Source: a virus
Virus record (IMG/VR): IMGVR_UViG_3300009008_002419
Coordinates: 1-64,000 of that record
Length of the DNA: 64,000 bases
Strand: one strand, 5' to 3'
Shown: positions 44,869 through 54,421 of the stretch, one piece after another
Position numbering within the stretch: position 1 is the stretch's first letter
Layout of the letters: each line of letters begins with the position of its first letter
Made by a program: the position numbers and the translations under genes
Notes under the pieces: model-generated
The model's database searches: none
What the model saw: the letters and a program-made list of their open reading frames with translations, nothing else
Told to the model about the DNA's origin: nothing

Positions 44869-45263
44869 GTTTCTTCAAAATCTCCTGGCTTGGCTCTGTG
44901 TTCATCATTCGGATCATATTTATGGTCTACACCATATAATAGAATAGATCCTGGTTCTAGAGCCATGTATCCATGCCAGGTCTCTGGTGGAATTTTTAAA
45001 ACTTTCATATTTTTATCAGATAGGTATTCAAATTTCACTGGTGCTGAGTTATTCTGAGATTTTCGTTCAATTTGGTGATCTTTTAGACCCACCTTAAAGG
45101 AACCTTTTATACAAACCCAATAATCGGTTTGATGGCTATGTTTGTGCCATGCTACGACGTGATTAGTTTTATTAACATATGATAAATTAATTTGCCAGTT
45201 TTCATTTAATTCTGGAAAAATATTTATCAGTCGTTGTGCTCTATCGTCTTCGTGAAAAATCAT
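44847..45263 (-). CDS. RmlC-like NDP-sugar epimerase (cupin)
   Basis: HEDDR, WHKH..Q, IPP..WHGY..L. Confidence 0.85.
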   Translation of the reverse strand: MIFHEDDRAQRLINIFPELNENWQINLSYVNKTNHVVAWHKHSHQTDYWVCIKGSFKVGLKDHQIERKSQNNSAPVKFEYLSDKNMKVLKIPPETWHGYMALEPGSILLYGVDHKYDPNDEHRAKPGDFEETWTTENK

Positions 45264-46453
45264 ATAATAAATCTTACATTAGGTGTATGTGTTATAAAAG
45301 CCCCACCTTTATGAATAAACTCTTTTTCATTTTTAATAATTTCGTCTAAAAAATTCCAAGCCCCTAAAAATGCAATGTCTGCATTATTGACTAGGTCTTT
45401 ACTATAGGATTTTATAGGAATATGTGTACCAGGAGCAAATTTATCAACTTTTTCTGGGGTAGTATCTAAAATATAATCAATTAAAGTTTTGTCTATTCCA
45501 CAAAAATTAAATACAGTAGCACTTTTTGCTGTTGCTCCGTATGAAATGATTGTTTTCCCTTGTTTTTTATACTCCTTAAGCATACTCATTAGTATATTTT
45601 TATTTGCTTCTACTGATGAAGCAAATGCTCTTAAAGCGTCTAGCTGAAGAACTCCTGCTTCCAGATCCAACACTTGTTGAACTAGGGGACTAATTTGTTT
45701 AGTGCCAATATGCCCAATGTATACTCTATTTGATCCACCATGGATATGCGGTAGCCGCTGCACATTAAAAATTTCTAATCCACTGCCTTGTAATAAATTG
45801 TGAATTGCAGTAATAGAGAATACAGTTGGGTGTTCATCATAAAATTGATCATATGAATTTCTCTTTAAAACTTCAATTAAAGAAGGGTCTTCTAGTATAA
45901 AAATTCCGTCTTTATGGAGTATCGTTGAAATGGCCTTAAATGCTTCTTTTATTGTGGGAATATGTGAGAAAGTGTTAGATGAAAAAATCTTTGGTATTCT
46001 TCCATGTTCTTCCAGTAGTTTTTGTGCTAAATCATTTGTCCAAAACTCAGCGTAAGTTTTGTACCCTTTGTTGTTAGTTTCTTTAGCAAAATTTTTACAA
46101 GGTTCAATTGCAATTGAAGTACTAGAGTCAAAATTAAATAGTAGAGTACCATCATTACTTCCGATTTCTAAAAAATTTATACCTTTAAACTTTGGCGGGG
46201 TAGGTAACAGCTTAATTGAGTTTGCAGCACTTTGTAAATGCTGTGTAAAAGTTTTTGATAGTCCAGCACGATAAGGATATTTTTCATTAAACATAGTTTC
46301 TGGATCTATGTTCATTGCTGTTGTAGTAACTTCTTTAGTCTCATCATCAAAAAATAATCTTAAATTATATAGAGTTTCTTTGTCGGTTGGGCTAGTTAGT
46401 AAATTATTGGCTAATGGTTGTGCACCTAAGTTAAGGAATTCTACTTTTGCCAA
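45260..46453 (-). CDS. NDP-hexose C-methyltransferase
   Basis: LG.QPLAN, EIGSNDG, YDEH, IHGGS.R, YGATAK, PGTHIPI, AWNF. Confidence 0.88.
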   Translation of the reverse strand: MAKVEFLNLGAQPLANNLLTSPTDKETLYNLRLFFDDETKEVTTTAMNIDPETMFNEKYPYRAGLSKTFTQHLQSAANSIKLLPTPPKFKGINFLEIGSNDGTLLFNFDSSTSIAIEPCKNFAKETNNKGYKTYAEFWTNDLAQKLLEEHGRIPKIFSSNTFSHIPTIKEAFKAISTILHKDGIFILEDPSLIEVLKRNSYDQFYDEHPTVFSITAIHNLLQGSGLEIFNVQRLPHIHGGSNRVYIGHIGTKQISPLVQQVLDLEAGVLQLDALRAFASSVEANKNILMSMLKEYKKQGKTIISYGATAKSATVFNFCGIDKTLIDYILDTTPEKVDKFAPGTHIPIKSYSKDLVNNADIAFLGAWNFLDEIIKNEKEFIHKGGAFITHTPNVRFII

Positions 46454-47229
46454 TGCTGTCCTCGCTTTATATAGTTAGTGTTAAAATCAGTACAGGATAT
46501 TTGATATAGTTTTTGAAATAAAGTTTCCCTATGCTGTCTATGTTTATTATAATTAGTTAGTTTACTTGTGGTGCTTTGCTGTAAATGATAGATTAAACTA
46601 TTAGGGGAATTAACAAATAATCTACACCCTACATCCCAAAAACGTTTCGCTAAACCTTCTTCACTTCCGATGGCGAGACCAAACCGTTCATCATAACCAC
46701 CAACTTTTTTCCAGTATTTAGTTGGCAACAGACAAGGTAGTGCAGTGCTATATAAATCTGGGACAGTGTTTAAAAATTTGGGGTAATCTATCAAAAGTCT
46801 TTCTTCCTGAAAATCGTTTGGGGTCCTTCCGTAATCTTCATTTCCTATTGTCCACGGGGCTTGGCCTATAGGTTCAATCATTGTTGAGTTTATCCAGAAT
46901 TTGTCATCGTTTATTTGTTTTACAGTGTTAAAAAGTTCGATGTCCCATTTAGGTAATAAATACATATCATCATCAACTAAGTAAATAAAATCAGAAGTGG
47001 CTAATTGGCTTACTGTATTTGTACCTACGGCTAGTCCTTCGTTTTTTGAACTGTAAGAATAATTTTGAATTTTATTATCTGTGATCCAATCTAAAAATTC
47101 TTCTGAAACTTCGTTAACATGTATGTTAATTTCGTGCTCAATTGCACTATTCTTTTGGATACTACTCACTAATAACTTTGTCTGTTCTAAACTATTCCAA
47201 CTACAAATTAAAATACTAATTGATTCCAT
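46441..47229 (-). CDS. GT2 glycosyltransferase
   Basis: ISILI..WN, N.G, VDDDMY, VGGYDERF. Confidence 0.85.
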   Translation of the reverse strand: MESISILICSWNSLEQTKLLVSSIQKNSAIEHEINIHVNEVSEEFLDWITDNKIQNYSYSSKNEGLAVGTNTVSQLATSDFIYLVDDDMYLLPKWDIELFNTVKQINDDKFWINSTMIEPIGQAPWTIGNEDYGRTPNDFQEERLLIDYPKFLNTVPDLYSTALPCLLPTKYWKKVGGYDERFGLAIGSEEGLAKRFWDVGCRLFVNSPNSLIYHLQQSTTSKLTNYNKHRQHRETLFQKLYQISCTDFNTNYIKRGQHWQK

Positions 47230-48008
47230 TAGTTTATTTCCTCATAGTATAGACCATCGTTTAAAGCATTGGAGGCTATACACCTGTTTTTTGCTACAAT
47301 AGCTAACTTTGAAGCTATATCCCATTCCCTGCCAATATAGACTTTCGAAAGATTTAATCGTTCTTGGTCACTTATTGTATCTAAATCTGTATTTTCGGCA
47401 TCATATAAAATTTTGGCCTTCTTTTTCCGCCCATTGTCGCTATCATACCAAATATCCTTTAATCCAGTTAAAGTAGCATGATTAATAAAATAATATTGAC
47501 CATGAATGTGTACCTCATCTCTATTAAATTGGCTATACAATAAAATGTCATCATTATTTGGATGACCTGTTTTTAATTTCATTGTTAAACCGTAGGCTAA
47601 AGGTTTAGTAATTTCTGTAAATCGGGATAGTATATTTAAAGCCCACTTAGGCTTTGTAGGATAAACTACATCATCGATCTGAAATAAAAATAAATCAAAG
47701 TTATCCATTAAAGTCTGATCAGTATTCATTAAATATTTCATTGATGCAAGCCAGCATCCTATATTAGGTATCTGTCTAAAGTGCCAATTTTCTTTTGTTA
47801 TAAACGTTTGTACCCACGATAAATACTCTGGGTGCTTGCTGCCTGTGTCCATAATAAAATATTCTGTATCAACACCTGAGTTGTTAATATCATGTTGCTC
47901 ACAACTAAGTTTAAATTTAGAAAAAAAATCATCTATTGTTGGATTATTCTCAGGGCGTTTAGATCGTTCTGATATATTGGTGGTTATAAATACGCCTAGT
48001 TTACTCAT
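47229..48008 (-). CDS. GT-A-like protein, paralog of 48606..49430
   Basis: IMDTGS, FQIDD. Confidence 0.6.
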   Translation of the reverse strand: MSKLGVFITTNISERSKRPENNPTIDDFFSKFKLSCEQHDINNSGVDTEYFIMDTGSKHPEYLSWVQTFITKENWHFRQIPNIGCWLASMKYLMNTDQTLMDNFDLFLFQIDDVVYPTKPKWALNILSRFTEITKPLAYGLTMKLKTGHPNNDDILLYSQFNRDEVHIHGQYYFINHATLTGLKDIWYDSDNGRKKKAKILYDAENTDLDTISDQERLNLSKVYIGREWDIASKLAIVAKNRCIASNALNDGLYYEEIN

Positions 48009-48601
48009 TTGATTAAAACCCCAATACCACCATAATATGTATGAGAATTAAATTCAAGTTTTGTACCTTTAAGTTCGTTCCATAATTTACAAGCTTCGGC
48101 GTTTACTGCACGATGATGTGGTGTATCATTAATATCGTGAAAAGCTATAATTCCACCTGGTCGTACTAACGGACCATACATTTCGTAGTCCTGCTTAACT
48201 CCTTCATATGTATGGTCACCGTCAATAAACAAGAAATCTAATTCTGCTACTTTAGTTTTTACTGCTTCGAGGCTTGTAGAGTCATGTGAATTCCCAGCGA
48301 TAAGAAAAATTTCCGGCGAAAGGTTCTCTAAATACTCATTTCTTTTTTCATGTACTTTTCCTAAGTAAGGATGATCGTTTAAAACCCACCCTCCATGAAT
48401 TCCTCCAGGGAGATCTAGTGAAATTTGTACACCCCCTGATTGGGCTAATTTATTAAAAACATACATAGTCCCTCCAAATTTAGTACCTATTTCCAGAAAA
48501 TTTTTGATGTTTTGTTTCTCTAGGAATAAAGCGAAGCTTGTAAATTCATCACGATCTTGAGCCATTCCGATTTGAAAACCTTTATCAATTAATTCATTCA
48601 T
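48005..48601 (-). CDS. Class I SAM methyltransferase (Methyltransf_24-like)
   Basis: LEIGT..GG, FIDGDHTYEGV..D, GGIIAFHD. Confidence 0.88.
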   Translation of the reverse strand: MNELIDKGFQIGMAQDRDEFTSFALFLEKQNIKNFLEIGTKFGGTMYVFNKLAQSGGVQISLDLPGGIHGGWVLNDHPYLGKVHEKRNEYLENLSPEIFLIAGNSHDSTSLEAVKTKVAELDFLFIDGDHTYEGVKQDYEMYGPLVRPGGIIAFHDINDTPHHRAVNAEACKLWNELKGTKLEFNSHTYYGGIGVLIK

Positions 48602-48605
48602 TGTT

Positions 48606-49430
48606 TTACCTTTTATGAAGCTGTAATGCTAGAAATTTATTTCCTACATATTCAGTCAGTTCTTTGTTTAGTAGACGCGTGATCCTAAGTGCCATGTCTA
48701 CTTCTCGACCAATATGGATGTTATCCAGAGTTTGCCGATGATCATTGATCTGTTCTACTTCTGTATAATTTTTATTTTCCCACTTGCTTTGGTAGTCCAT
48801 TGCTTCTTGTGATTGTATAGGATTATACCATTCACGGGCAAGATCTCTAAGTGTATTTCTGTTGATTAGCCACCAGTCTCCGTGTAAGTGGGGTATTGTT
48901 TCAATATCCACTATATTCCACATTTGTGCTATGTGTGGGCAACATTTTCGGTGGTCAATTAAACCGTCGGGCCCTAGTCGGATAGTGTCCACGTATCTTC
49001 CCATGAGTCCAGCGTTATTGTGTTCTTCAAATTGACTAATTAAATCTGTCGCCCATTTGTCAGCAATAGGCTCAACACCGTCATCAATGTGGAATATAAA
49101 ATATTCATATTTATCTTGTAACTTAGTATCCGTATGCATACAGTGCTTTAAGCTAGCTGTAAATCCACCTGTATTTGGAATATTCCTTATATGTAAATTT
49201 TCCCAGTCATTGGAGTATTTGTCTAACCATCTTAGGAAGTCAGGATGTGTACTGCCAGTATCCATAATATAAATATCAAGATCTTTTTTGCTGAGTCCAC
49301 TATCTAAATTCATATAATTATGAATTACAGTGTTTGTATAATACTCAACTATGTAATCATTTACTCTTCTACCATGCCTTGTATTATCATTTACTAGGTG
49401 AGTAGTTATAAATACAGCTAATTTCTTCAT
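48606..49430 (-). CDS. GT-A-like protein, paralog of 47229..48008
   Basis: IMDTGS, FHIDD. Confidence 0.6.
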   Translation of the reverse strand: MKKLAVFITTHLVNDNTRHGRRVNDYIVEYYTNTVIHNYMNLDSGLSKKDLDIYIMDTGSTHPDFLRWLDKYSNDWENLHIRNIPNTGGFTASLKHCMHTDTKLQDKYEYFIFHIDDGVEPIADKWATDLISQFEEHNNAGLMGRYVDTIRLGPDGLIDHRKCCPHIAQMWNIVDIETIPHLHGDWWLINRNTLRDLAREWYNPIQSQEAMDYQSKWENKNYTEVEQINDHRQTLDNIHIGREVDMALRITRLLNKELTEYVGNKFLALQLHKR

Positions 49431-49774
49431 ACATCAAGTTCTGGTTTTTGTCCCATTATTCGTTCTTCAAGATTAGCTTCATCTTGATCTTCTGGTAATA
49501 CAGCAGTTCTTACTTCCTCCAGTACGCGGTAGTTTCCTTCATTTATAACATCATGTAAAAACTTATCTAACTTATTTTTAATATGGCTTCTGGATTCATT
49601 AGCTAATTTTAATCCTCGATAAAGACGGTCAATTAGTTCTAAGTCTTGTGAATCATTGCGCTGTTCAAATTCAATTCTTCTTACAAAGTCTGCTAGTTTA
49701 ATGTTTTCAATACATAATCTATCGAGTAAGTGTGAAAATGAATCTACATTTTGTATGTATAGTTTATTTTTCAT
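49427..49774 (-). CDS. Small helical protein (DUF4254-like)
   Basis: LLDRLCIENIK, N..R..IKN.LD. Confidence 0.5.
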   Translation of the reverse strand: MKNKLYIQNVDSFSHLLDRLCIENIKLADFVRRIEFEQRNDSQDLELIDRLYRGLKLANESRSHIKNKLDKFLHDVINEGNYRVLEEVRTAVLPEDQDEANLEERIMGQKPELDV

Positions 49775-49786
49775 AAAGTTTTTCGG

Positions 49787-50638
49787 TTAAATAAATTGTT
49801 GAGCAATATCAATTATTTGTTGTGCAAAATTATCTCGGTTATACTTTTGTACTTTATGGAAACCTTGCTCAGCAATTTGTTCGCGTTCAGCTTCGTGTTC
49901 TAAATAGTAATTAATTTTATCCTTTGCATCCTGTTTGGAATTAAAAATAACTAGATGCTTGCCATCTTCAAAAATGTCTTGTCGGCCGGTCCAATCTTGA
50001 GTTATTAGAAAACCTTTGGCTGCTGGGATTTTATACACTCTATCAGAGGCACCATCTGCAGTAACTAGATTTAGATTGATTTTAGATTGACTTACAACCT
50101 TTGAAAAGTTCGTTCCAAAAGCATTACTAAAATGTGTGAAATTTAAGTAGTCTCTGTAATCAGCACGCTGACCATAAATTCCACCAATAAACGATAAGTC
50201 ATATATTTTCTTTAATCCCCAGGGCTTATCAATCAAATGATCAAAACCTTCGACTACGTGATAGCAATGTGGAATGTATCTTTTAATTTTCTGTAAAATA
50301 TTAACTTTATCAATACAAGTAAAAGTTGATACTCTGGCTTTTTGTTCAAATTCTCTGTTCCAGTTACATAATGCATCCATAAACCAAAAACATACAACTG
50401 TATTTTTTGCCATTTCTTTTATGGCGTCGTTGCTTATACCGTTGCATTTACTCAAAAATATAAGATCTACTTGACGAGAAAGATCAACTAATTCTTGATC
50501 TCGTAAAATATTTCCAATCTGTTTTTCCCGAACTCTGTAATTATATCTTAGAACCTTATGGCCAAGATGTTTAAATCCTCGCGCTTGGCTATTATTTGTT
50601 GAAGTCGTGCTAAATACTGCAACTACTAGTACTTTCAT
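49787..50638 (-). CDS. CgeB-like GT-B glycosyltransferase
   Basis: YDLSFIG, SKINLN, RVYKI.A..GF, FEDG.HL, REQIAE.G. Confidence 0.82.
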   Translation of the reverse strand: MKVLVVAVFSTTSTNNSQARGFKHLGHKVLRYNYRVREKQIGNILRDQELVDLSRQVDLIFLSKCNGISNDAIKEMAKNTVVCFWFMDALCNWNREFEQKARVSTFTCIDKVNILQKIKRYIPHCYHVVEGFDHLIDKPWGLKKIYDLSFIGGIYGQRADYRDYLNFTHFSNAFGTNFSKVVSQSKINLNLVTADGASDRVYKIPAAKGFLITQDWTGRQDIFEDGKHLVIFNSKQDAKDKINYYLEHEAEREQIAEQGFHKVQKYNRDNFAQQIIDIAQQFI

Positions 50639-51252
50639 TTTTCTGGTTTACCCCTTTGTGGTCCAGTTTGTAGTTTTGTAAAAATACCATCAATCCATAT
50701 AATTTTTCCATTTAAGTGATTAGTTAATTTCTCGATAGCACGAAAATCAGCTGCATGATTTCCGTCCCACAAACCTATTTCTTTGTACTTGGAATGAAAA
50801 GCTGTCCCACAATTAGGAATATCTCCACATGCTAAATGGCTCTCCCAATATAACTGCGGCAAAATAATATGCGGAAATTTTGTTTTCCATACATAAATTG
50901 CATCCGTATCCTGAATATGAGAGGCAATAATTTCTAACCCTTTCGGACCACAGAATTCATCATCGTCATCCAATGTTATAATCATTCCTTCCTCTACACC
51001 CTCGTACATTTTATTTATGTAGAGGTTGTAGGGAAAATTTCCATTACCTGTATTTGGAACTTCTTTTTCATAAGAGATAATAGTATCAAAAACGGTTAAG
51101 AGTGGTTTAATATATGTTAAATCATTGGGTTCATCACTCCCCACAATAATACGAACATTTTTATAGGTTTGTTTTCGTATGCTTGTAATACAACGTTTAA
51201 ATGCTTTAGGGCGCCGCGAGGTTCGTATTAAAATGTTAAATAAAATATTCAA
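50635..51252 (-). CDS. GT2 glycosyltransferase
   Basis: ILIRT..RP, SI..QTY, LDDDD. Confidence 0.82.
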   Translation of the reverse strand: MNILFNILIRTSRRPKAFKRCITSIRKQTYKNVRIIVGSDEPNDLTYIKPLLTVFDTIISYEKEVPNTGNGNFPYNLYINKMYEGVEEGMIITLDDDDEFCGPKGLEIIASHIQDTDAIYVWKTKFPHIILPQLYWESHLACGDIPNCGTAFHSKYKEIGLWDGNHAADFRAIEKLTNHLNGKIIWIDGIFTKLQTGPQRGKPEK

Positions 51253-51254
51253 TT

Positions 51255-51953
51255 TTATTTCTTTCGTCGGGATTTAGGTGGTTTTCCATTAAAGGGTTTC
51301 GTAAATTTTTCGTTTTTTGGGGGACCTCCCCATTTTTTAATATAGTAACGTTTATTATTTGTAAAGTTATTATTTAATTTTCTATCTTTTTTAATTGTAC
51401 AAGAGTTACGAAAAACAGCAACTTTAAGTAAAGATTGTTCTTTAGCTCCCGGTTTTTCGGCTACAGTGCACCGTCTATCAAAGTCGTTATCTTCGAAATA
51501 AGCAGGAAAAAACTCACTATCAAATGGACCTATATCATAAAATCCTTGTTTAGACACTAAAAAATTTGAAAAACTGGCTTCTCCTAAAATAAAAGGAGCT
51601 TTGGGATTCTGTTTAATTGCCTCGTTAATATCTGAGATTGTGTGCCCTAATACAATATCATCATTTACTAAATATACATAATCCGCCTGAAACTCTCCTT
51701 CGCCCTCTTTAAAAGCTAGCTCCATTATAAAGTTCCAACTATCACTAACTCCTAAGTTTGTTTTTGAATTATGAATGAAACTACGATCCTTAAATTCGGA
51801 AGGAATTAATTTATGTATATTTTGCTTTCCATTATCTACTATTATAATTCTATATAAATCAGACATTGTTTCCACTAAGCCAGCTAAATTTTCTTTTAGA
51901 AGATCAGCCCTATTAATAGTGGGAATTCCTATAACTATTTTATAATTTTTCAT
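51255..51953 (-). CDS. GT2 glycosyltransferase
   Basis: IPTINR, VDNG, NLGV..SWN, NDDI, FD..F.PAYFED.D; start set at ATG 51953. Confidence 0.82.
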   Translation of the reverse strand: MKNYKIVIGIPTINRADLLKENLAGLVETMSDLYRIIIVDNGKQNIHKLIPSEFKDRSFIHNSKTNLGVSDSWNFIMELAFKEGEGEFQADYVYLVNDDIVLGHTISDINEAIKQNPKAPFILGEASFSNFLVSKQGFYDIGPFDSEFFPAYFEDNDFDRRCTVAEKPGAKEQSLLKVAVFRNSCTIKKDRKLNNNFTNNKRYYIKKWGGPPKNEKFTKPFNGKPPKSRRKK

Positions 51954-51971
51954 GTAAAAGCCGTTTTGAGT

Positions 51972-52008
51972 AAAATCGGGCAGCCCTGCATCCTTCACAG
52001 AGCTGCCC
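51972..52008 (-). terminator. Terminator-like hairpin after SSB gene
   Basis: GGGCAGCTCTGT...GCAGGGCTGCCC followed by GATTTT. Confidence 0.6.
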
Positions 52009-52019
52009 TAGTTAAAATG

Positions 52020-52448
52020 TTAAGAGAGTAATGCATCCCCTGAAGTAGAGGAATCGTCTGTTTCGATCGGATAGAATCGTGTTATTTTATTCTTAGGCTT
52101 ACCATCAGGAGTGGCATCCTCTTCTAAGTAAGCGCTGGCTCGGGCGCCGTGGAGCTCAAAAGCTAGAGTCTCTTCGTTGATGTCAGTCTTTTCTAAGAGA
52201 TCCTGCTTGCCAGCTGCTTTTAAGAAGTTAATCAGGAAGAAATAGGCTTTTTCGATTAAAACAAAGTTATGCCATACCCTCTGATTTTCTCCTAATACTT
52301 TAAAGGTGCATGAAATCATTGTATTGCCAGAGCTTTTGGCCTCTTTAATTTCTGCACTCTCAACTTCAACATCATAACGCCCTTCCTCAAGAGCGGCGAA
52401 GTCGGTAGTTTCAGTGTTCTCATTAATTTCTTTTAAATTCAAATTCAT
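52020..52448 (-). CDS. DUF669-like single-stranded DNA-binding protein
   Basis: EG.Y.V.V..AE, SGN.MI...F, acidic tail; next to Sak4-like ATPase. Confidence 0.75.
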   Translation of the reverse strand: MNLNLKEINENTETTDFAALEEGRYDVEVESAEIKEAKSSGNTMISCTFKVLGENQRVWHNFVLIEKAYFFLINFLKAAGKQDLLEKTDINEETLAFELHGARASAYLEEDATPDGKPKNKITRFYPIETDDSSTSGDALLS

Positions 52449-52481
52449 CTATTTAGTACGTGTCTCCTGTATTATCGATAA

Positions 52482-53396
52482 TTATTTGAGATCTTTCAGC
52501 AGCACTGCTGCTTCGTCTTCTTTGAGGTCTAGTAAAGAAGTAACCATATAATCAACTCGAAGCTTTTCTGCTAACGCATCCTTTTTGTCGCTGTCTGCTA
52601 TTTTAGCTAGCGCTTCTAATTGTTCTTCAGTTACTCCAGCAGTTTTTATGTTTTTACCTTTAAAAGTAACATCATGATTTCTAGTTGTATAACTATCCAT
52701 CGCTTGTTGCTGGTTAATAACCACTGGCTCTCTTTCTAGCTCTTCGTTTCCTATGAATTTAACAAATTCCTCGTAAGTGAATTCGAATTTGTCTGGCATT
52801 GTATTAGTTCTATCTTTTATCACGGTTGCATAACGTTTTCCATCTTCAGCAACTGATAGTTCTAGCACAACGTCAAATAGGAATGGAAGTTCTTTTGGCC
52901 CATCTGCTACTAGTCCAATAGCTTTCATAAAATCGCCTTCGGCTTGACTATAAGCAGTCTTAGCTCTGGCAGTGCAGATAATATTCATGTCTAAGGCCAA
53001 CAGTTTCTTGATCAATCCTTTAATAGAGGATTTCAAGAAGCCCCAATCTAGTGGTTGTAGGGCGTAGTTAGGATTATTATTTTTTAAGCGCATCCTTTTT
53101 AAACGCTTATCCTGCATAGTCTCCCAAACGGCAGTAAAAGGATCGATAACAAAGGTTTTATAATCTTTCGGGTCCTTTAGTAATTCATCAATAGCTTTCT
53201 CTACTTCAGTCGGATCAGAGGTTTGAATTCTATCAAAATCAAATAACTTACCATAATAGTCGGTGCCTTTTTCGGCATCTACTACAGCTAAGTTTGGGAA
53301 GTGGAGAGAAGTGATTGTTTTACCGGTACCACTTTCTCCGTAAATATACATCTTTAATCTTCGTGCTTTCGGTGTTGCTTTTTCAAATAAACTCAT
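52482..53396 (-). CDS. AAA_24/Sak4-like ATPase
   Basis: IYGESGTGKT, DAEKG, FVID, FDVV, KDRT. Confidence 0.8.
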   Translation of the reverse strand: MSLFEKATPKARRLKMYIYGESGTGKTITSLHFPNLAVVDAEKGTDYYGKLFDFDRIQTSDPTEVEKAIDELLKDPKDYKTFVIDPFTAVWETMQDKRLKRMRLKNNNPNYALQPLDWGFLKSSIKGLIKKLLALDMNIICTARAKTAYSQAEGDFMKAIGLVADGPKELPFLFDVVLELSVAEDGKRYATVIKDRTNTMPDKFEFTYEEFVKFIGNEELEREPVVINQQQAMDSYTTRNHDVTFKGKNIKTAGVTEEQLEALAKIADSDKKDALAEKLRVDYMVTSLLDLKEDEAAVLLKDLK

Positions 53397-53408
53397 GTTA
53401 GTCTCAGT

Positions 53409-54071
53409 TTACCACCTTTGTTTGGGTTGGAACGTATAGTTCTTAACTTTTTTGTACACTTCATAAGTTGCTTTTACGTCATCTAAGCAATAATCTGCTA
53501 TTTCCTGTATTCGCCCATCTTTATAAGCTTGATAAACATTTTCAGCTTTAACTTCTCCGCCTTTGGGAGATTTAAGTCCAAGAAATTCAGTTGCAACATC
53601 AAGAGAAATAGCGTTTCTCATGTCATAGTCACAAATGACTTGAAATACGTCAAAATGGGGATGCTTTTGAAAGCGCCTTGTATCTAAAAATTGAGAGTTT
53701 GTGGGTAATACGTCATGGAACATTGAGCGTTTTAAGATGTAAGGAACATCAAAACCCAACCCATTATAATGAACAAAGAGTCCTTTATGATGTTTGAGAA
53801 TATCCCACCATGTTTGTAACATAGTTTTCTCATCACCTGTGAGGACTCTTGATACTTCTTCTCCTGTTTCTTTCACCTTCATAATTCCTATGCAGATGAT
53901 TTCACCGAAAAACGGAGAGACTGCCATGATCTTATTTCTTATACCATCATATTCAGATTTATCTGTACTATTTTTGGTGGCTCTTTCAACTTTAGTCTTT
54001 AATGCATTTTCCTGCGAAGGTAAAAGAGTGCTTTGAGGTATTGTTTCTATATCAAATATTAGTGTATCCAT
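53409..54071 (-). CDS. PolB-like 3'-5' exonuclease (DnaQ/RNase H fold)
   Basis: FDIET, YNG..FD.PY, YCLDDV. Confidence 0.85.
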   Translation of the reverse strand: MDTLIFDIETIPQSTLLPSQENALKTKVERATKNSTDKSEYDGIRNKIMAVSPFFGEIICIGIMKVKETGEEVSRVLTGDEKTMLQTWWDILKHHKGLFVHYNGLGFDVPYILKRSMFHDVLPTNSQFLDTRRFQKHPHFDVFQVICDYDMRNAISLDVATEFLGLKSPKGGEVKAENVYQAYKDGRIQEIADYCLDDVKATYEVYKKVKNYTFQPKQRW

Positions 54072-54077
54072 GTGTTG

Positions 54078-54105
54078 AATATAAACTTGTTATGTTAATT
54101 GTCAA
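54078..54105 (-). promoter_or_regulatory. sigma70-type promoter, probably leaderless transcript
   Basis: TTGACA-N16-TATATT-N6-ATG (54071). Confidence 0.65.
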
Positions 54106-54421
54106 CTAAATTGTTATGCATAACAACTAATTTGTCTAATTTTCTTAACAGTTTTAAATTAGGACAATCAACAATAGTAATGGGTTTGCTTTGTCGTACT
54201 GCATATGTGATAAGTTGGTCTAACATATAGTGTTCCACAACATCAGGCCCAGGTACTATTTTAATTTCTTTCCCTTCGTCAGCTAATAATAGGCAATCAT
54301 CGTGAGCATGATATGCTCGTTTTCCTCGCCCAAGTTCTTTATAAGTCTTTGTTATTTTAGTGTCTTTTTCAAATGCAATTTCGAATACAGTAGCCTTATC
54401 ACTTGTGATTAATTTAATTAT
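54095..54421 (-). CDS. 108-aa hypothetical protein with probable non-canonical ATA/ATT start
   Basis: Stop-free frame fills the gap exactly; AGGTGG upstream; not in ORF track. Confidence 0.5.
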   Translation of the reverse strand: MIKLITSDKATVFEIAFEKDTKITKTYKELGRGKRAYHAHDDCLLLADEGKEIKIVPGPDVVEHYMLDQLITYAVRQSKPITIVDCPNLKLLRKLDKLVVMHNNLVDN

